Assembly: GCA_036522875.1 (NCBI GenBank)
Contig: DATDEZ010000119.1
Location: 244 to 64,243 of the forward strand
DNA from: Gemmatimonadales bacterium
Lineage (GTDB): Bacteria; Gemmatimonadota; Gemmatimonadetes; Gemmatimonadales; GWC2-71-9
Direction: 5' to 3'
Length of the DNA: 64,000 bases
Shown here: positions 43,190-52,059 of the stretch, piece after piece
Numbering within the stretch: the stretch's first letter is position 1
Layout: every line of letters starts with the position of its first letter
Position numbers and translations under genes: made by a program
Notes under the pieces: generated by a model
What the model saw: only the letters and a program-made list of their open reading frames with translations
Databases searched by the model: none
What the model was told of the DNA's origin: nothing

Positions 43190-44112
43190 CGCTCGGGACC
43201 TGGTTCGCGCTGCTCGTCGCGCTGCTCCTGGCCGCGGAAGCGGTGCGGGCGGTGCACCAGCGCACGCAACGCCGCGAACGGTGGCGCCGCTTCTTCCGCC
43301 ACCGCACCACGTCGTGGGGCCTCGGCATCCTGACGTTTTTCGCCATCATCGCCATCGCCGCGCCGTTCATTGCGCCGTTCGACCCGAACACGCAGCTCGA
43401 CATCGTCCGCCTGAAGAATCTGTCGCCCTCCTGGACGTTCATCCTCGGGACCGACGTGCTGAGTCGAGACGTCTGGAGCCGGATCGTGTGGGGTGCGCGG
43501 GTGTCGTTGCGCGTCGCCGCGCTCGGCGCCCTGGTGGCCGTCGCCCTCGGCACGCTGGTCGGCGCCGCCGCCGGATACTATCGCCGCTGGGTAGACGGGG
43601 TGCTGATGCGCGGCGTGGATATCGGCCTCGCGCTGCCGCGCATCTTCATTCTCCTGATGGCGGTCGCGCTGTGGGATGGCTTGCCCTTCACGGTGCTCGT
43701 CCTGCTGATCGGTCTCACATCGTGGTTCGGGACCAGCCGGCTGGTGCGCGCCGAAGTGCTCGCGCTGCGGGGGCGCGATTTCGTGGTGGCGGCGCGCGCG
43801 CTGGGCGCCGGCGACGGGCGCGTTATCTTTCGCCACGTTCTGCCGAACGCCGCGGCCCCGATCATCGTCTCGGCCGCGCTCGGCGTCGGCAACGTGCTGC
43901 TGCTCGAGGCGTCGCTCTCGTTTCTCGGCATCGGCGTTCCGCCGCCGTGGCCGAGCTGGGGCAACATGATCGCGGACGGCGCGACCAGTCTCTACAACGC
44001 GCCGTGGACGACACTCTTTCCGGGCCTGGCTATCTCACTCGTGGTGATGTCTCTCAACGCCGTTGCCGACGGGCTGCGCGAAGCGCTGGATCCGCGCGAG
44101 GACGTGGCGTGA
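43186..44112 (+). CDS. peptide ABC transporter permease (DppC/OppC-like)
   Basis: 308 aa. The N-terminal OppC-type segment plus an EAA loop ([20 protein letters not shown]). GTGA overlap with the upstream gene. Confidence 0.9.
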   Translation: MTLGTWFALLVALLLAAEAVRAVHQRTQRRERWRRFFRHRTTSWGLGILTFFAIIAIAAPFIAPFDPNTQLDIVRLKNLSPSWTFILGTDVLSRDVWSRIVWGARVSLRVAALGALVAVALGTLVGAAAGYYRRWVDGVLMRGVDIGLALPRIFILLMAVALWDGLPFTVLVLLIGLTSWFGTSRLVRAEVLALRGRDFVVAARALGAGDGRVIFRHVLPNAAAPIIVSAALGVGNVLLLEASLSFLGIGVPPPWPSWGNMIADGATSLYNAPWTTLFPGLAISLVVMSLNAVADGLREALDPREDVA

Positions 44113-45128
44113 CGGCGCCCTCGCAGACCGCGCTGCTGCGCGTGCGCGACCTCAAGACGTACTTCGTCACCGAGCACGGGCGCGGTACGGCGCGCGCGGT
44201 CGACGACGTGTCCTTCGATCTCTACCCTGGAGAAACGCTGGGCATCGTCGGAGAATCGGGATGCGGCAAGACGGTCACGTCGCTGTCGATCCTGCGCCTC
44301 GTCCCCGAGCCGCCGGGCCACATCCTCCCGGGCAGCCTGATCGAGTTCGAGGGCCGGAATCTGCTCGCGCTGCCGGCCCCGGAGCTGCGCGCCGTTCGCG
44401 GCAACCAGATCGCGATGATCTTCCAGGAGCCGATGACGTCGCTGAATCCCGTGTTCACGGTCGGCGATCAGATCGCCGAGGCGGCGATCATCCACCAGCA
44501 CCTCTCGCGCGGCGCGGCGCGTGCCCGCGCGATCGAGATGCTGCAGCTCGTGGGTATCCCCGATCCCCACGAGCGCGTCGACAATTATCCGCACCAGCTG
44601 TCGGGCGGCATGCGGCAGCGCGTGATGATCGCGATGGCGCTGGTCTGCAATCCCAAGGTGCTGATCGCCGACGAGCCGACGACGGCACTCGACGTGACGA
44701 TCCAGGCGCAGATCCTCGAGCTCCTCGACAACCTCCAGAACCAGTTTGGCATGGCCGTGCTGCTGATCACGCACGACCTGGGCGTCGTCGCGGGACATGC
44801 CGATCGCGTCGTCGTGATGTATGCCGGGCGGGTCGTCGAGCAGGCGACGACCGACGACCTCTTCGATCATCCCACGCACCCGTACACCGAAGGGTTGCTC
44901 GCGGCGGTGCCACGCATCGATGCGCCGCGCGAGCGGCTGCACGCGATTCCCGGACAAGTGCCCGCCGCCACGGCGTGGCCGACCGGGTGCCGCTTCCATC
45001 CGCGCTGCCCGTACGCCTGGGACAAGTGCGTCGCGCAGGAGCCGCCGCTGCTCGAGACCGGCACCGCGGGGCACGTCGCGCGCTGCTGGCTCGTGACGGA
45101 GCCGGAACGCCGGCAGGCAAAGCGATGA
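44109..45128 (+). CDS. peptide ABC transporter ATP-binding protein (DppD/OppD-like)
   Basis: GTG 44109 in frame with ORF 43047..45128. Walker A GESGCGKT, signature LSGGMRQR, Walker [12 protein letters not shown], and the oligopeptide C-terminal domain. Confidence 0.92.
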   Translation: MTAPSQTALLRVRDLKTYFVTEHGRGTARAVDDVSFDLYPGETLGIVGESGCGKTVTSLSILRLVPEPPGHILPGSLIEFEGRNLLALPAPELRAVRGNQIAMIFQEPMTSLNPVFTVGDQIAEAAIIHQHLSRGAARARAIEMLQLVGIPDPHERVDNYPHQLSGGMRQRVMIAMALVCNPKVLIADEPTTALDVTIQAQILELLDNLQNQFGMAVLLITHDLGVVAGHADRVVVMYAGRVVEQATTDDLFDHPTHPYTEGLLAAVPRIDAPRERLHAIPGQVPAATAWPTGCRFHPRCPYAWDKCVAQEPPLLETGTAGHVARCWLVTEPERRQAKR

Positions 45129-46090
45129 CGCTCGTCGAGGTCCGCGATCTCGTGAAGCACTACGCCGGCGAGCGCAGCTGGTTCGGTTTCGGCCGCCCCA
45201 AGGCGCCGGTGCGCGCCGTCGACGGCGTGTCGTTCACGATCGACGCGGGACAGTCGCTCGGCCTGGTGGGAGAATCGGGATCGGGCAAGACGACGGTCGG
45301 CCGCACGATGCTGCGGCTGCAGGAGCCGACGTCTGGAACCGTCTTGTTCGACGGCCACGACGTCTTCGCGCTCGACGCCGGCAAGCTGCGCGCGCTGCGC
45401 CGGCGGATGCAGATCGTATTCCAGGATCCGTACAGCTCGCTCAATCCCCGCATGACGGTCGAAGAGACGCTGCGGGAGCCGCTCGAGATTCACGGATTGA
45501 AGGGCCAGGTCTCGGCATTGCTCGAGGAAGTGGGGCTCGATGCGGCGTTCGCGAAGCGCTATCCGCACGAGCTGTCGGGCGGCCAGCGCCAGCGCGTCGG
45601 CATCGCGCGCGCGTTGTCGGTCGAGCCGCAGTTCGTCGTGTGTGACGAGCCGGTCAGCGCGCTCGACGTCTCGGTTCAGGCGCAGGTCCTCAACCTGCTG
45701 GCCGACCTGCGTACGCGCCGGACGCTCACCTACTTATTCATCGCGCACGACCTCGCCGTCGTCCGCCACATCGCCGATCACGTTGCGGTGATGTACCTCG
45801 GCAAGATCGTGGAGCGCGCACCGGCCGCGGAGATCTACGCGCAGCCGCGCCATCCCTACACCCGCGCGCTGCTGTCCGCGGTCCCGGAGCCGAATCCCCG
45901 CACCACTAAACGCCGTATCGTGCTCCCCGGCGACATTCCGTCACCCGCGCATCCGCCGGCCGGCTGTCCCTTCCATCCGCGCTGTCCGCATCCGAAGAAG
46001 AGCGAGCGCTGCCGCACCGAGCCGCCGGTGCTCCGGCCCATCACGCCCGGTCATTTCGCGGCCTGTCATTACGCCGAGGAGCCGATGTGA
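45125..46090 (+). CDS. peptide ABC transporter ATP-binding protein (DppF/OppF-like)
   Basis: ATG 45125 (MTLVEVRDL). Walker A GESGSGKT, signature LSGGQRQR, Walker [12 protein letters not shown]. Confidence 0.92.
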   Translation: MTLVEVRDLVKHYAGERSWFGFGRPKAPVRAVDGVSFTIDAGQSLGLVGESGSGKTTVGRTMLRLQEPTSGTVLFDGHDVFALDAGKLRALRRRMQIVFQDPYSSLNPRMTVEETLREPLEIHGLKGQVSALLEEVGLDAAFAKRYPHELSGGQRQRVGIARALSVEPQFVVCDEPVSALDVSVQAQVLNLLADLRTRRTLTYLFIAHDLAVVRHIADHVAVMYLGKIVERAPAAEIYAQPRHPYTRALLSAVPEPNPRTTKRRIVLPGDIPSPAHPPAGCPFHPRCPHPKKSERCRTEPPVLRPITPGHFAACHYAEEPM

Positions 46091-46698
46091 TCGGCACGTT
46101 GACGCTCGCGCAGACGCTCACGAATCTCATCATCAGCCCAGCCGCGACGGGCCTGCCGCGCGGCTGGAAGGTGACGCATTTGCCGGGCGTCCAGTCTCCG
46201 AGCTTCGAGGTGACGCGCGGCCACACGCTGCGCATCGTCGCGATCGGTCAGGGCGGAACGGCCACCTACCGGCTGCGCCAATCGATCCCCGCGCCGGCGT
46301 CGTCGCGGCAGCACGGCGTGTTGACCTGGCGTTGGCGCGCGGGAACGCCGCTGCGCGGCGCCGATCTCAAGCGCCGCGACACGGACGACAGTCCGATTCG
46401 CGTGGTGGTCACATTTCAGGACGGCCGCTCGATCGCGTACAGCTGGGGCAACCGCGAGGGCCGGCACGAGAGCTTCGCGAGCTGGTCGAGCCGCGATCGC
46501 ATGATCGTGGTGTTGCAGCGGGCCGAAGATGCCGACGGATCGTGGCACGTGGAGCAGTGCGACCCGTTCACGGACTATCGGCGGCTCTGGAATCGTGGTC
46601 CGAAGGCGATCGTCGCGGTGGGGATCGGCGGTGATTCGGACGGCTTGAAGATTCGGGCGGCCGCCGAGATCGGCGACATCACCTGGGAAGGGCCTTAG
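46087..46698 (+). CDS. DUF3047-like protein
   Basis: 203 aa, GTG start overlapping the dppF-like stop. The pattern LTWRWRA...[11 protein letters not shown] resembles DUF3047. Confidence 0.6.
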   Translation: MIGTLTLAQTLTNLIISPAATGLPRGWKVTHLPGVQSPSFEVTRGHTLRIVAIGQGGTATYRLRQSIPAPASSRQHGVLTWRWRAGTPLRGADLKRRDTDDSPIRVVVTFQDGRSIAYSWGNREGRHESFASWSSRDRMIVVLQRAEDADGSWHVEQCDPFTDYRRLWNRGPKAIVAVGIGGDSDGLKIRAAAEIGDITWEGP

Positions 46699-48029
46699 CG
46701 AACTCCGCCCATCAGTTTTCGTAACCAGGGCGTGAGCGCGAAGAGAACGATGGCGGCGGCAAACGTCACCAGGGCGACCGCCCCGAAGAGTTTTGGCAAC
46801 GGCAACGTCTCGAACAGCCCACCCGCCATCCCGGCCAGCTTGTTGCCGACCGCGATCGACAAGAACCACCATCCCATCATGAAGCCGACAATGCGGCCCG
46901 GCGCGAGCTTCGTCACGATCGAGAGACCGATGGGACTGAGACACAGCTCGCCGATCGTATGCAGAAAGTAGAGACCGATGAGCCACCACGGGCTGACCAG
47001 CACGTGCTGCTCCTGCGCGATTCTCGCCGCCGGCACGATCAGCGCGAACCCCAGTCCGACGAAGATCAACGCGAACGCAAACTTCACGGGACTCGACGGC
47101 TGGTGTGAGCCGAGCCGAACCCAAAACCAGCCGATCAACGGCGCGAGCCCGAGGATCATGAACATCGAATTCAGCGACTGATACCAGGTCGACGGGAAAT
47201 CGAAACCGAAAAGCCGGTTATGGGTCAGCCGGTCGGCGAAGAGGTTCAGACTCGAGGACGCCTGCTCGAACGCGCCCCAGAAAATCGACGAGAAGACGAA
47301 CAGGACGGCGATCGCGGCCACGCGTCCCCACTCCTCGCGCGTGAATCGCCACCAGGGCTCCGTGTGCGTCGCCGCGTGCTGTTCGGTTTGCCCGAGTCGC
47401 GTGAGCGCCGGCAAGAGGCGCGGTTTGCCGGCGACGTACTGAATCAGGCCGATCACCATGCCGACGCCCGCGCAGGCGAAGCCGGCGTGCCAGTTCACCT
47501 CCTGCCCGAGTGTGCCGACGATGAGGGGCGCGGTGAACGCCCCCACGTTGATGCCCACGTAGAAGATCGAGAACCCCGCGTCGCGCCGCGCGTCGTCCTC
47601 GTCATACAGCGCGCCGACCATCGTGCTGGCATTGGGCTTCAGCAGGCCCGTGCCGGTCATGATCAGACACAAACCGAGGTAGAACGTCGCGATCGTGGGA
47701 ATCGCCATGCTGAAGTGGCCGAGCGCGATGATGATTCCGCCGATCAACACGCTGCGGTACTGGCCCCAGACGCGATCGGCGGCCCAGCCGCCCAGGATCG
47801 CCGTCGCGTACACGCCGAAGCCGTACCAGCCGAGAATCGCGCCGCCTTTTTCGGCGGTGAATCCCAGTCCGCCCTGCGCGGCGCTCGCCGTCATGAAGAG
47901 AATGAGCAACGCCTTCAGCCCGTAGAAGCTGAAGCGCTCCCACATCTCGGTGAAAAACAGCGTCGACAGGCCGCGCGGATGACCGAACCATCCGGCGGTA
48001 TCGCGCTGCTGTACGGCGGGTTGGGTCAC
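46695..48029 (-). CDS. POT/PTR2 family di-/tripeptide:proton symporter
   Basis: 444 aa. Motifs GHPRGLSTLFFTEMWERFSFYG and GGWAADR. Confidence 0.9.
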   Translation of the reverse strand: MTQPAVQQRDTAGWFGHPRGLSTLFFTEMWERFSFYGLKALLILFMTASAAQGGLGFTAEKGGAILGWYGFGVYATAILGGWAADRVWGQYRSVLIGGIIIALGHFSMAIPTIATFYLGLCLIMTGTGLLKPNASTMVGALYDEDDARRDAGFSIFYVGINVGAFTAPLIVGTLGQEVNWHAGFACAGVGMVIGLIQYVAGKPRLLPALTRLGQTEQHAATHTEPWWRFTREEWGRVAAIAVLFVFSSIFWGAFEQASSSLNLFADRLTHNRLFGFDFPSTWYQSLNSMFMILGLAPLIGWFWVRLGSHQPSSPVKFAFALIFVGLGFALIVPAARIAQEQHVLVSPWWLIGLYFLHTIGELCLSPIGLSIVTKLAPGRIVGFMMGWWFLSIAVGNKLAGMAGGLFETLPLPKLFGAVALVTFAAAIVLFALTPWLRKLMGGVR

Positions 48030-49349
48030 CTAGCGCACGCCGCCCATCAGTCGCTTGACGGGTTTGACGATCGCGAACGCGATGACCGACGCGCCGACGC
48101 ACACGGCGCCCACGACGCCGAAGAGCTGCGGCAGCGGTGCGGATGAGATAAAGCCCGCGGCGTAGCCGGCGACCTTGTTGCCGACCGAATCGGCGAGGAA
48201 CCAGAGGCCGAGCATCATCCCGACGATCTTCACCGGCGCGAGCTTGGTGAACACCGACAGCCCGACGGGCGAAATGCACATCTCACCCAGCTCTTGAATG
48301 AAGTAGCAGCCGACGAGCCAGAACGGGGAGACGCGCAGCCCGCCGGCCGCCCCCTGAATCGCCGTCGCCGGAATGAGGAGAAACAGGAACGACAGACCGA
48401 CAAAGAACAAACCGAAGGCGAACTTCGTGGGGGTCGTCGGCTCGTATTTGCCGAGCCGGATCCAGAGCCACGCGAACGCGGGAGCCAGGAGGATCACGAA
48501 GATCGCCTGGACCGAGACGTACCAGCTCGACGGGAAGCTGAAGCCGAGGACGCGGAGCGTCGTGTAGCGGTCGCCGAACAGGTTGAGGCTCGAGCCCGCC
48601 TGCTCGTAGGCGCCCCAGAAGACCGCGGCAAAGACGAAGAAGACGCCCATCGCGCCGATGCGCTTCCATTCCGTCGCCGTGAATCCCAGGAATCCGCTCG
48701 ATGGCGCGGCACCCGCCGTCGCGCTCGCAACGGGCTTCGGCCGCTGAGCCAGCCGCTCGATGGCGGGCTGCAGGCTCCGCCGCCCGAGGACGTACTGCAG
48801 CAGTCCGAGCGACATGCCGACGCCCGCGCAGGCGAAACCGAGATGCCAATCCACCTTTTGCGCCAGCCACCCGGCGATGAGGGGCCCGATGAACGCGCCG
48901 AGATTGATGCCCATGTAGAAGATCGAGAAGCCCGCGTCGCGCCGAGTATCCGCCGGATCGTACAGGGCGCCGACGATGCCGGAGACGTTAGGCTTGAGCA
49001 GCCCCGTACCGACCACGATCAGCGACAGGCCGACGTAGAAGAACGGCAGCGCGTGAAACGCCAGCGTAAAGTGCCCCAACGCGATGATGATCCCGCCGAT
49101 GAGCACGCTGCGGTACTGTCCCAGCCACCGGTCGGCGAGAATGCCGCCGAGGATCGCCGCGGCCCAGACGCCGGCGGTGTAGTTCCCATACACGCGTCCC
49201 GCATGGCTGTCGTCGAATCCCAGCGCGTGGACCATGTACAGAATGAGAAACGCGCGCATCCCGTAGTAGCTGAACCGCTCCCACATCTCCGTGAAGAAGA
49301 GCGTGGACAACCCGCGCGGGTGGCCGAAGAACGTCGTGTCGCCGTTCAT
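48030..49349 (-). CDS. POT/PTR2 family di-/tripeptide:proton symporter (tandem paralog)
   Basis: Start at the internal ATG (MNGDTTFFGHPRGLSTLFFTEMWERFSYYG). 439 aa, clearly paralogous to the neighbouring gene. Confidence 0.9.
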   Translation of the reverse strand: MNGDTTFFGHPRGLSTLFFTEMWERFSYYGMRAFLILYMVHALGFDDSHAGRVYGNYTAGVWAAAILGGILADRWLGQYRSVLIGGIIIALGHFTLAFHALPFFYVGLSLIVVGTGLLKPNVSGIVGALYDPADTRRDAGFSIFYMGINLGAFIGPLIAGWLAQKVDWHLGFACAGVGMSLGLLQYVLGRRSLQPAIERLAQRPKPVASATAGAAPSSGFLGFTATEWKRIGAMGVFFVFAAVFWGAYEQAGSSLNLFGDRYTTLRVLGFSFPSSWYVSVQAIFVILLAPAFAWLWIRLGKYEPTTPTKFAFGLFFVGLSFLFLLIPATAIQGAAGGLRVSPFWLVGCYFIQELGEMCISPVGLSVFTKLAPVKIVGMMLGLWFLADSVGNKVAGYAAGFISSAPLPQLFGVVGAVCVGASVIAFAIVKPVKRLMGGVR

Positions 49350-49744
49350 CGATCGAACAGGTCGTCTTGCTGCGCGGTGTCGGGATGCTCGGCCGGCCGC
49401 AGCAGGGTGCCGAGCCGCGTTTCCCACTTCTCGACGTCGAAGTGATGTTCATTCTGCAGCGCGCGGCGCAGGACCGGGGAGAATTCGTGGAACGCTTCGA
49501 GCAGCTCGCGCGTCGCCTCGCGCAGACTCTCGAGCTGGTAGCTCGCATCCGTGGCGGCCATGTCCTCGAGGATGCTCTGCTCGGTCCGCGACGCGACGAC
49601 CGGCTCGGCCCGTCCCTCGATGAAGACGTTGGTGCGCTGGCCCGGCCCGCGTCCCTCCTCGATCGGCATCAACCCGAGGATGCGGTCGGAGCGCCAGTAC
49701 TTGCCATAGCCGAGGAATACCATGCGGCCTCGCTTTACATCCAT
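49346..49744 (-). CDS. hypothetical protein
   Basis: 132 aa from MDVKRGRMVFLGYGKYW (139 aa if the start is 49765). High GC3. ATGA overlap with the downstream POT gene. Faint resemblance to DUF370/RemA only. Confidence 0.45.
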   Translation of the reverse strand: MDVKRGRMVFLGYGKYWRSDRILGLMPIEEGRGPGQRTNVFIEGRAEPVVASRTEQSILEDMAATDASYQLESLREATRELLEAFHEFSPVLRRALQNEHHFDVEKWETRLGTLLRPAEHPDTAQQDDLFDR

Positions 49745-49755
49745 GAGATCCTCCG

Positions 49756-49787
49756 TCCGGCGCACGGCTTACGGCGCACGGCGCACG
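49756..49787. repeat. heptad-repeat element, copy B (reverse complement of 16507..16538, 31/32 identical)
   Basis: The plus strand reads tccggCGCACGGCTTACGGCGCACGGCGCACg. It lies just upstream of the 132-aa ORF start and overlaps the last codons of the DUF1028 ORF. Confidence 0.8.
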
Positions 49788-50776
49788 CCTCTGCGATTTT
49801 TGCGAATGTCGTCCAACGCGACCCGGTCAATTTTGCCATCCATTCTCACCCGCACGTCGTAATTCTCCCAGTACATGAAATTCGCGAGCGCGGTGAGAAA
49901 CTTCTGGTTCAGCGTCGGCTGCGAGGCGTCGAGCCATTTCTGGGACTGATTCACCGGCTCCGTCAACAGGATCGCTTCGAGCTCCTTCTGGAGCGCCGGC
50001 GTGATCGGGATCAAATCCGCGGAGTCGCTGGTGAAGAAGTAGAGCTTGTGCAGCGCGTAGAGCCGCTGCAGCTCCTTGATCGGATCGGGCGCGTCGTACA
50101 CCCGGATGTCGATGTAGCGGTCCGTCGCGCCGAGATAGCCGGCGTTCGCGCGGACGACGAGCAGAGCCGCCGACTGCATGCCGCGGCGGTCGCCACCGCC
50201 CGCCTGCCCCGCGACCAGCGCCGCGATCAGGCGATCCGCGAGCGTGCCCTTCGTGCGCTCGAACGTCTCGGCCATGTTTCGCACGGTTGCGTCGGAGACC
50301 ATGATGTTGGCCTGCGCGGCGTACCCACGCCCAACAATGAGCTCACCCTTCCCCGCCAACCGCCGAACCGCCTGACCGCCTGTCGTTCCGCCCGCCCAAT
50401 CGAACGTCGAATCGCCGGTCCAGCTCGCTGCGTTGCCATGCGCGTCCACCATGCCGACCTGCCGCTGTGACGGCCGTGTGTCGCCGCGCATGATGATCCG
50501 CATCGCCTCGGGCGCGGTCGCGCCGCGCGCGATCAGCTCGAGCCCCTTCTCCCCATAGTCGGTATTGCTAAGCGACTGCGTCGCCACGGCCCCCACGCCC
50601 GCCTTCGCCCACGGCACCAGGCCGCCGACGTTGGGAAACTTCGACTGCACGGCCACGCCGAGGTCGCCCGTCACCGAATCGTAGGCGACGATGCTGTAGG
50701 TGTGGGCGCGTTTGAGAAAATCAGGCGGAGGAGGTTGCTGGAGGTTCTGCAGGAGAAGGAGCAAGAGCACGGGCAT
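49769..50776 (-). CDS. DUF1028 (Ntn-hydrolase-fold) protein with N-terminal hydrophobic leader and C-terminal extension
   Basis: 335 aa. TYSIVAYDSVTGDLGVAVQSKF is the DUF1028 N-terminal nucleophile region. It is preceded by MPVLLLLLLQNLQQPPPP. Confidence 0.75.
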   Translation of the reverse strand: MPVLLLLLLQNLQQPPPPDFLKRAHTYSIVAYDSVTGDLGVAVQSKFPNVGGLVPWAKAGVGAVATQSLSNTDYGEKGLELIARGATAPEAMRIIMRGDTRPSQRQVGMVDAHGNAASWTGDSTFDWAGGTTGGQAVRRLAGKGELIVGRGYAAQANIMVSDATVRNMAETFERTKGTLADRLIAALVAGQAGGGDRRGMQSAALLVVRANAGYLGATDRYIDIRVYDAPDPIKELQRLYALHKLYFFTSDSADLIPITPALQKELEAILLTEPVNQSQKWLDASQPTLNQKFLTALANFMYWENYDVRVRMDGKIDRVALDDIRKNRRGVRRAP

Positions 50777-51324
50777 CAGTCCTTTCTCATTTTTTTCTTG
50801 AGCTCTTCGAGCTGACGCGCAGCCGCTGCTTCGCGCGCCGCGCGATCCATGTCCGACTTGAGAAGCTCGTCGCGCAGATCCGTCCCCTCGCGCGCCCCCC
50901 CCGCTTCCTCGAGGTCACGCCAGGCGCGCTCGGTGCTTGGCGGCGCGGCGCCTGCCGCCTTCAGCTGCGACTGCATGTCGTCCAGCTCGCGCTGCGCCAG
51001 GGCCAGCTCTTCCCGCTCGGCGCCCAACTTGCGCTCGAGCACGGCCGCGCGCTCGCGATGCTTGGCGGCGAATCGACCAGCCACCGCCACCGTCTCCTGG
51101 TCCTGGATTTCGCCCGCCAACCGGCCGCGCCGCTCCGCATCGGCCAATCGCTGACGCTCGGCGCCCAGCTCGCGCTCGGTGCGCGCGATGGCCTCCTGAA
51201 TTTCCTGCACGGCGACCTTGGCGTCGACGACCGCTTCCCGCATCTGGCGCGCGAGCGACCGCAGGTCGGGGGTGGACGCCGCATCGAGTGCGGCGCGGAA
51301 CGCGTCCCGCAGGCGCTCGAACAG
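50776..51324 (-). CDS. PspA/IM30 (Vipp1)-like coiled-coil protein, non-canonical start
   Basis: The supplied ORF starts at ATG 51243. However, the in-frame upstream codons encode SLFERLRDAFRAAL, a PspA-type N-terminal helix. The only start candidate after the in-frame TGA is CTG 51324. Confidence 0.65.
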   Translation of the reverse strand: MFERLRDAFRAALDAASTPDLRSLARQMREAVVDAKVAVQEIQEAIARTERELGAERQRLADAERRGRLAGEIQDQETVAVAGRFAAKHRERAAVLERKLGAEREELALAQRELDDMQSQLKAAGAAPPSTERAWRDLEEAGGAREGTDLRDELLKSDMDRAAREAAAARQLEELKKKMRKD

Positions 51325-51327
51325 GGA

Positions 51328-51495
51328 TCAGCTCTTGCGGATGGTCTTCGCGAAAAAGTCGGAAAAGACCGGCTCGACGGCCTTTGAGCGGCACTTGGGA
51401 CACGTGGGGCGCGACTTCCTGGAATGCTCCGTCATCGTTTCGGTGCGCGCGAACCGGGCCTGGCACGCCGTGCAGCGATACTCATACAGTGGCAT
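51328..51495 (-). CDS. FmdB-family zinc-ribbon protein
   Basis: 55 aa. MPLYEYRCTACQARF...CPKCRS, the canonical FmdB/CxxC-CxxC pattern. This is the internal ATG of ORF 51328..51879. Confidence 0.75.
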   Translation of the reverse strand: MPLYEYRCTACQARFARTETMTEHSRKSRPTCPKCRSKAVEPVFSDFFAKTIRKS

Positions 51496-51540
51496 GATGT
51501 AACGTAGTTGACGCATTCCGATGCTGCAACAAATTGCGGC

Positions 51541-52059
51541 ATGCGAATGAGTTGGCTTCCGCTCTCGCTCATCGCCGCCGGCAGCCTCGCGCTGGCGTGC
51601 GGTGGCGGGCTCCAACCCGAGCCGATCTGCGCGCGATCGCTCGTGGGCGTGTGCGGGACGGTGCGATTCCGCGGCACGATCCCCGACTCGACCGACAACG
51701 TCTTCATCGCCGCCTACGTCACGTTTCCGCAGAGCTGCACCGACCTGATCAACAATCGCCGGCCCGTCATTCCCGGCTCTGTGCCCTACACCGATTCGAT
51801 CGCCGACTACAGCGTCGCGCTTGCGCCCGACACCTACCACTGGGTGGTCGCCGTCTGGAAGAAGGTCGGGACGCTGCAATTGTCACCGGCAGATACGGCC
51901 ATCCTGCGCGTCGCCGGCTACTACCGGGATCCCGCCGACTCGTCGCGGCCCGGCAGCGTCGTCGTGCCGAGCGGCGCAGCGGTCGGCGATGTGAACTTCG
52001 TCGTCGACTTCGACTCGCTCCGTCCCGCGACGGACTTCGTGACGTGCACCGCGCAGTAA
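51541..52059 (+). CDS. lipoprotein, unknown function
   Basis: ATG 51541 gives the signal and lipobox MRMSWLPLSLIAAGSLALAC. 172 aa, with several Cys. Its 3' end overlaps the receptor gene start. Confidence 0.55.
   Translation: MRMSWLPLSLIAAGSLALACGGGLQPEPICARSLVGVCGTVRFRGTIPDSTDNVFIAAYVTFPQSCTDLINNRRPVIPGSVPYTDSIADYSVALAPDTYHWVVAVWKKVGTLQLSPADTAILRVAGYYRDPADSSRPGSVVVPSGAAVGDVNFVVDFDSLRPATDFVTCTAQ

Noticed and set aside
51328-51330. Selenocysteine decoding of the in-frame TGA between the FmdB and PspA-like ORFs
   Set aside because: I see no SECIS-like hairpin immediately downstream, and neither family is a known selenoprotein. Readthrough or CTG initiation remains possible, but Sec is not supported.
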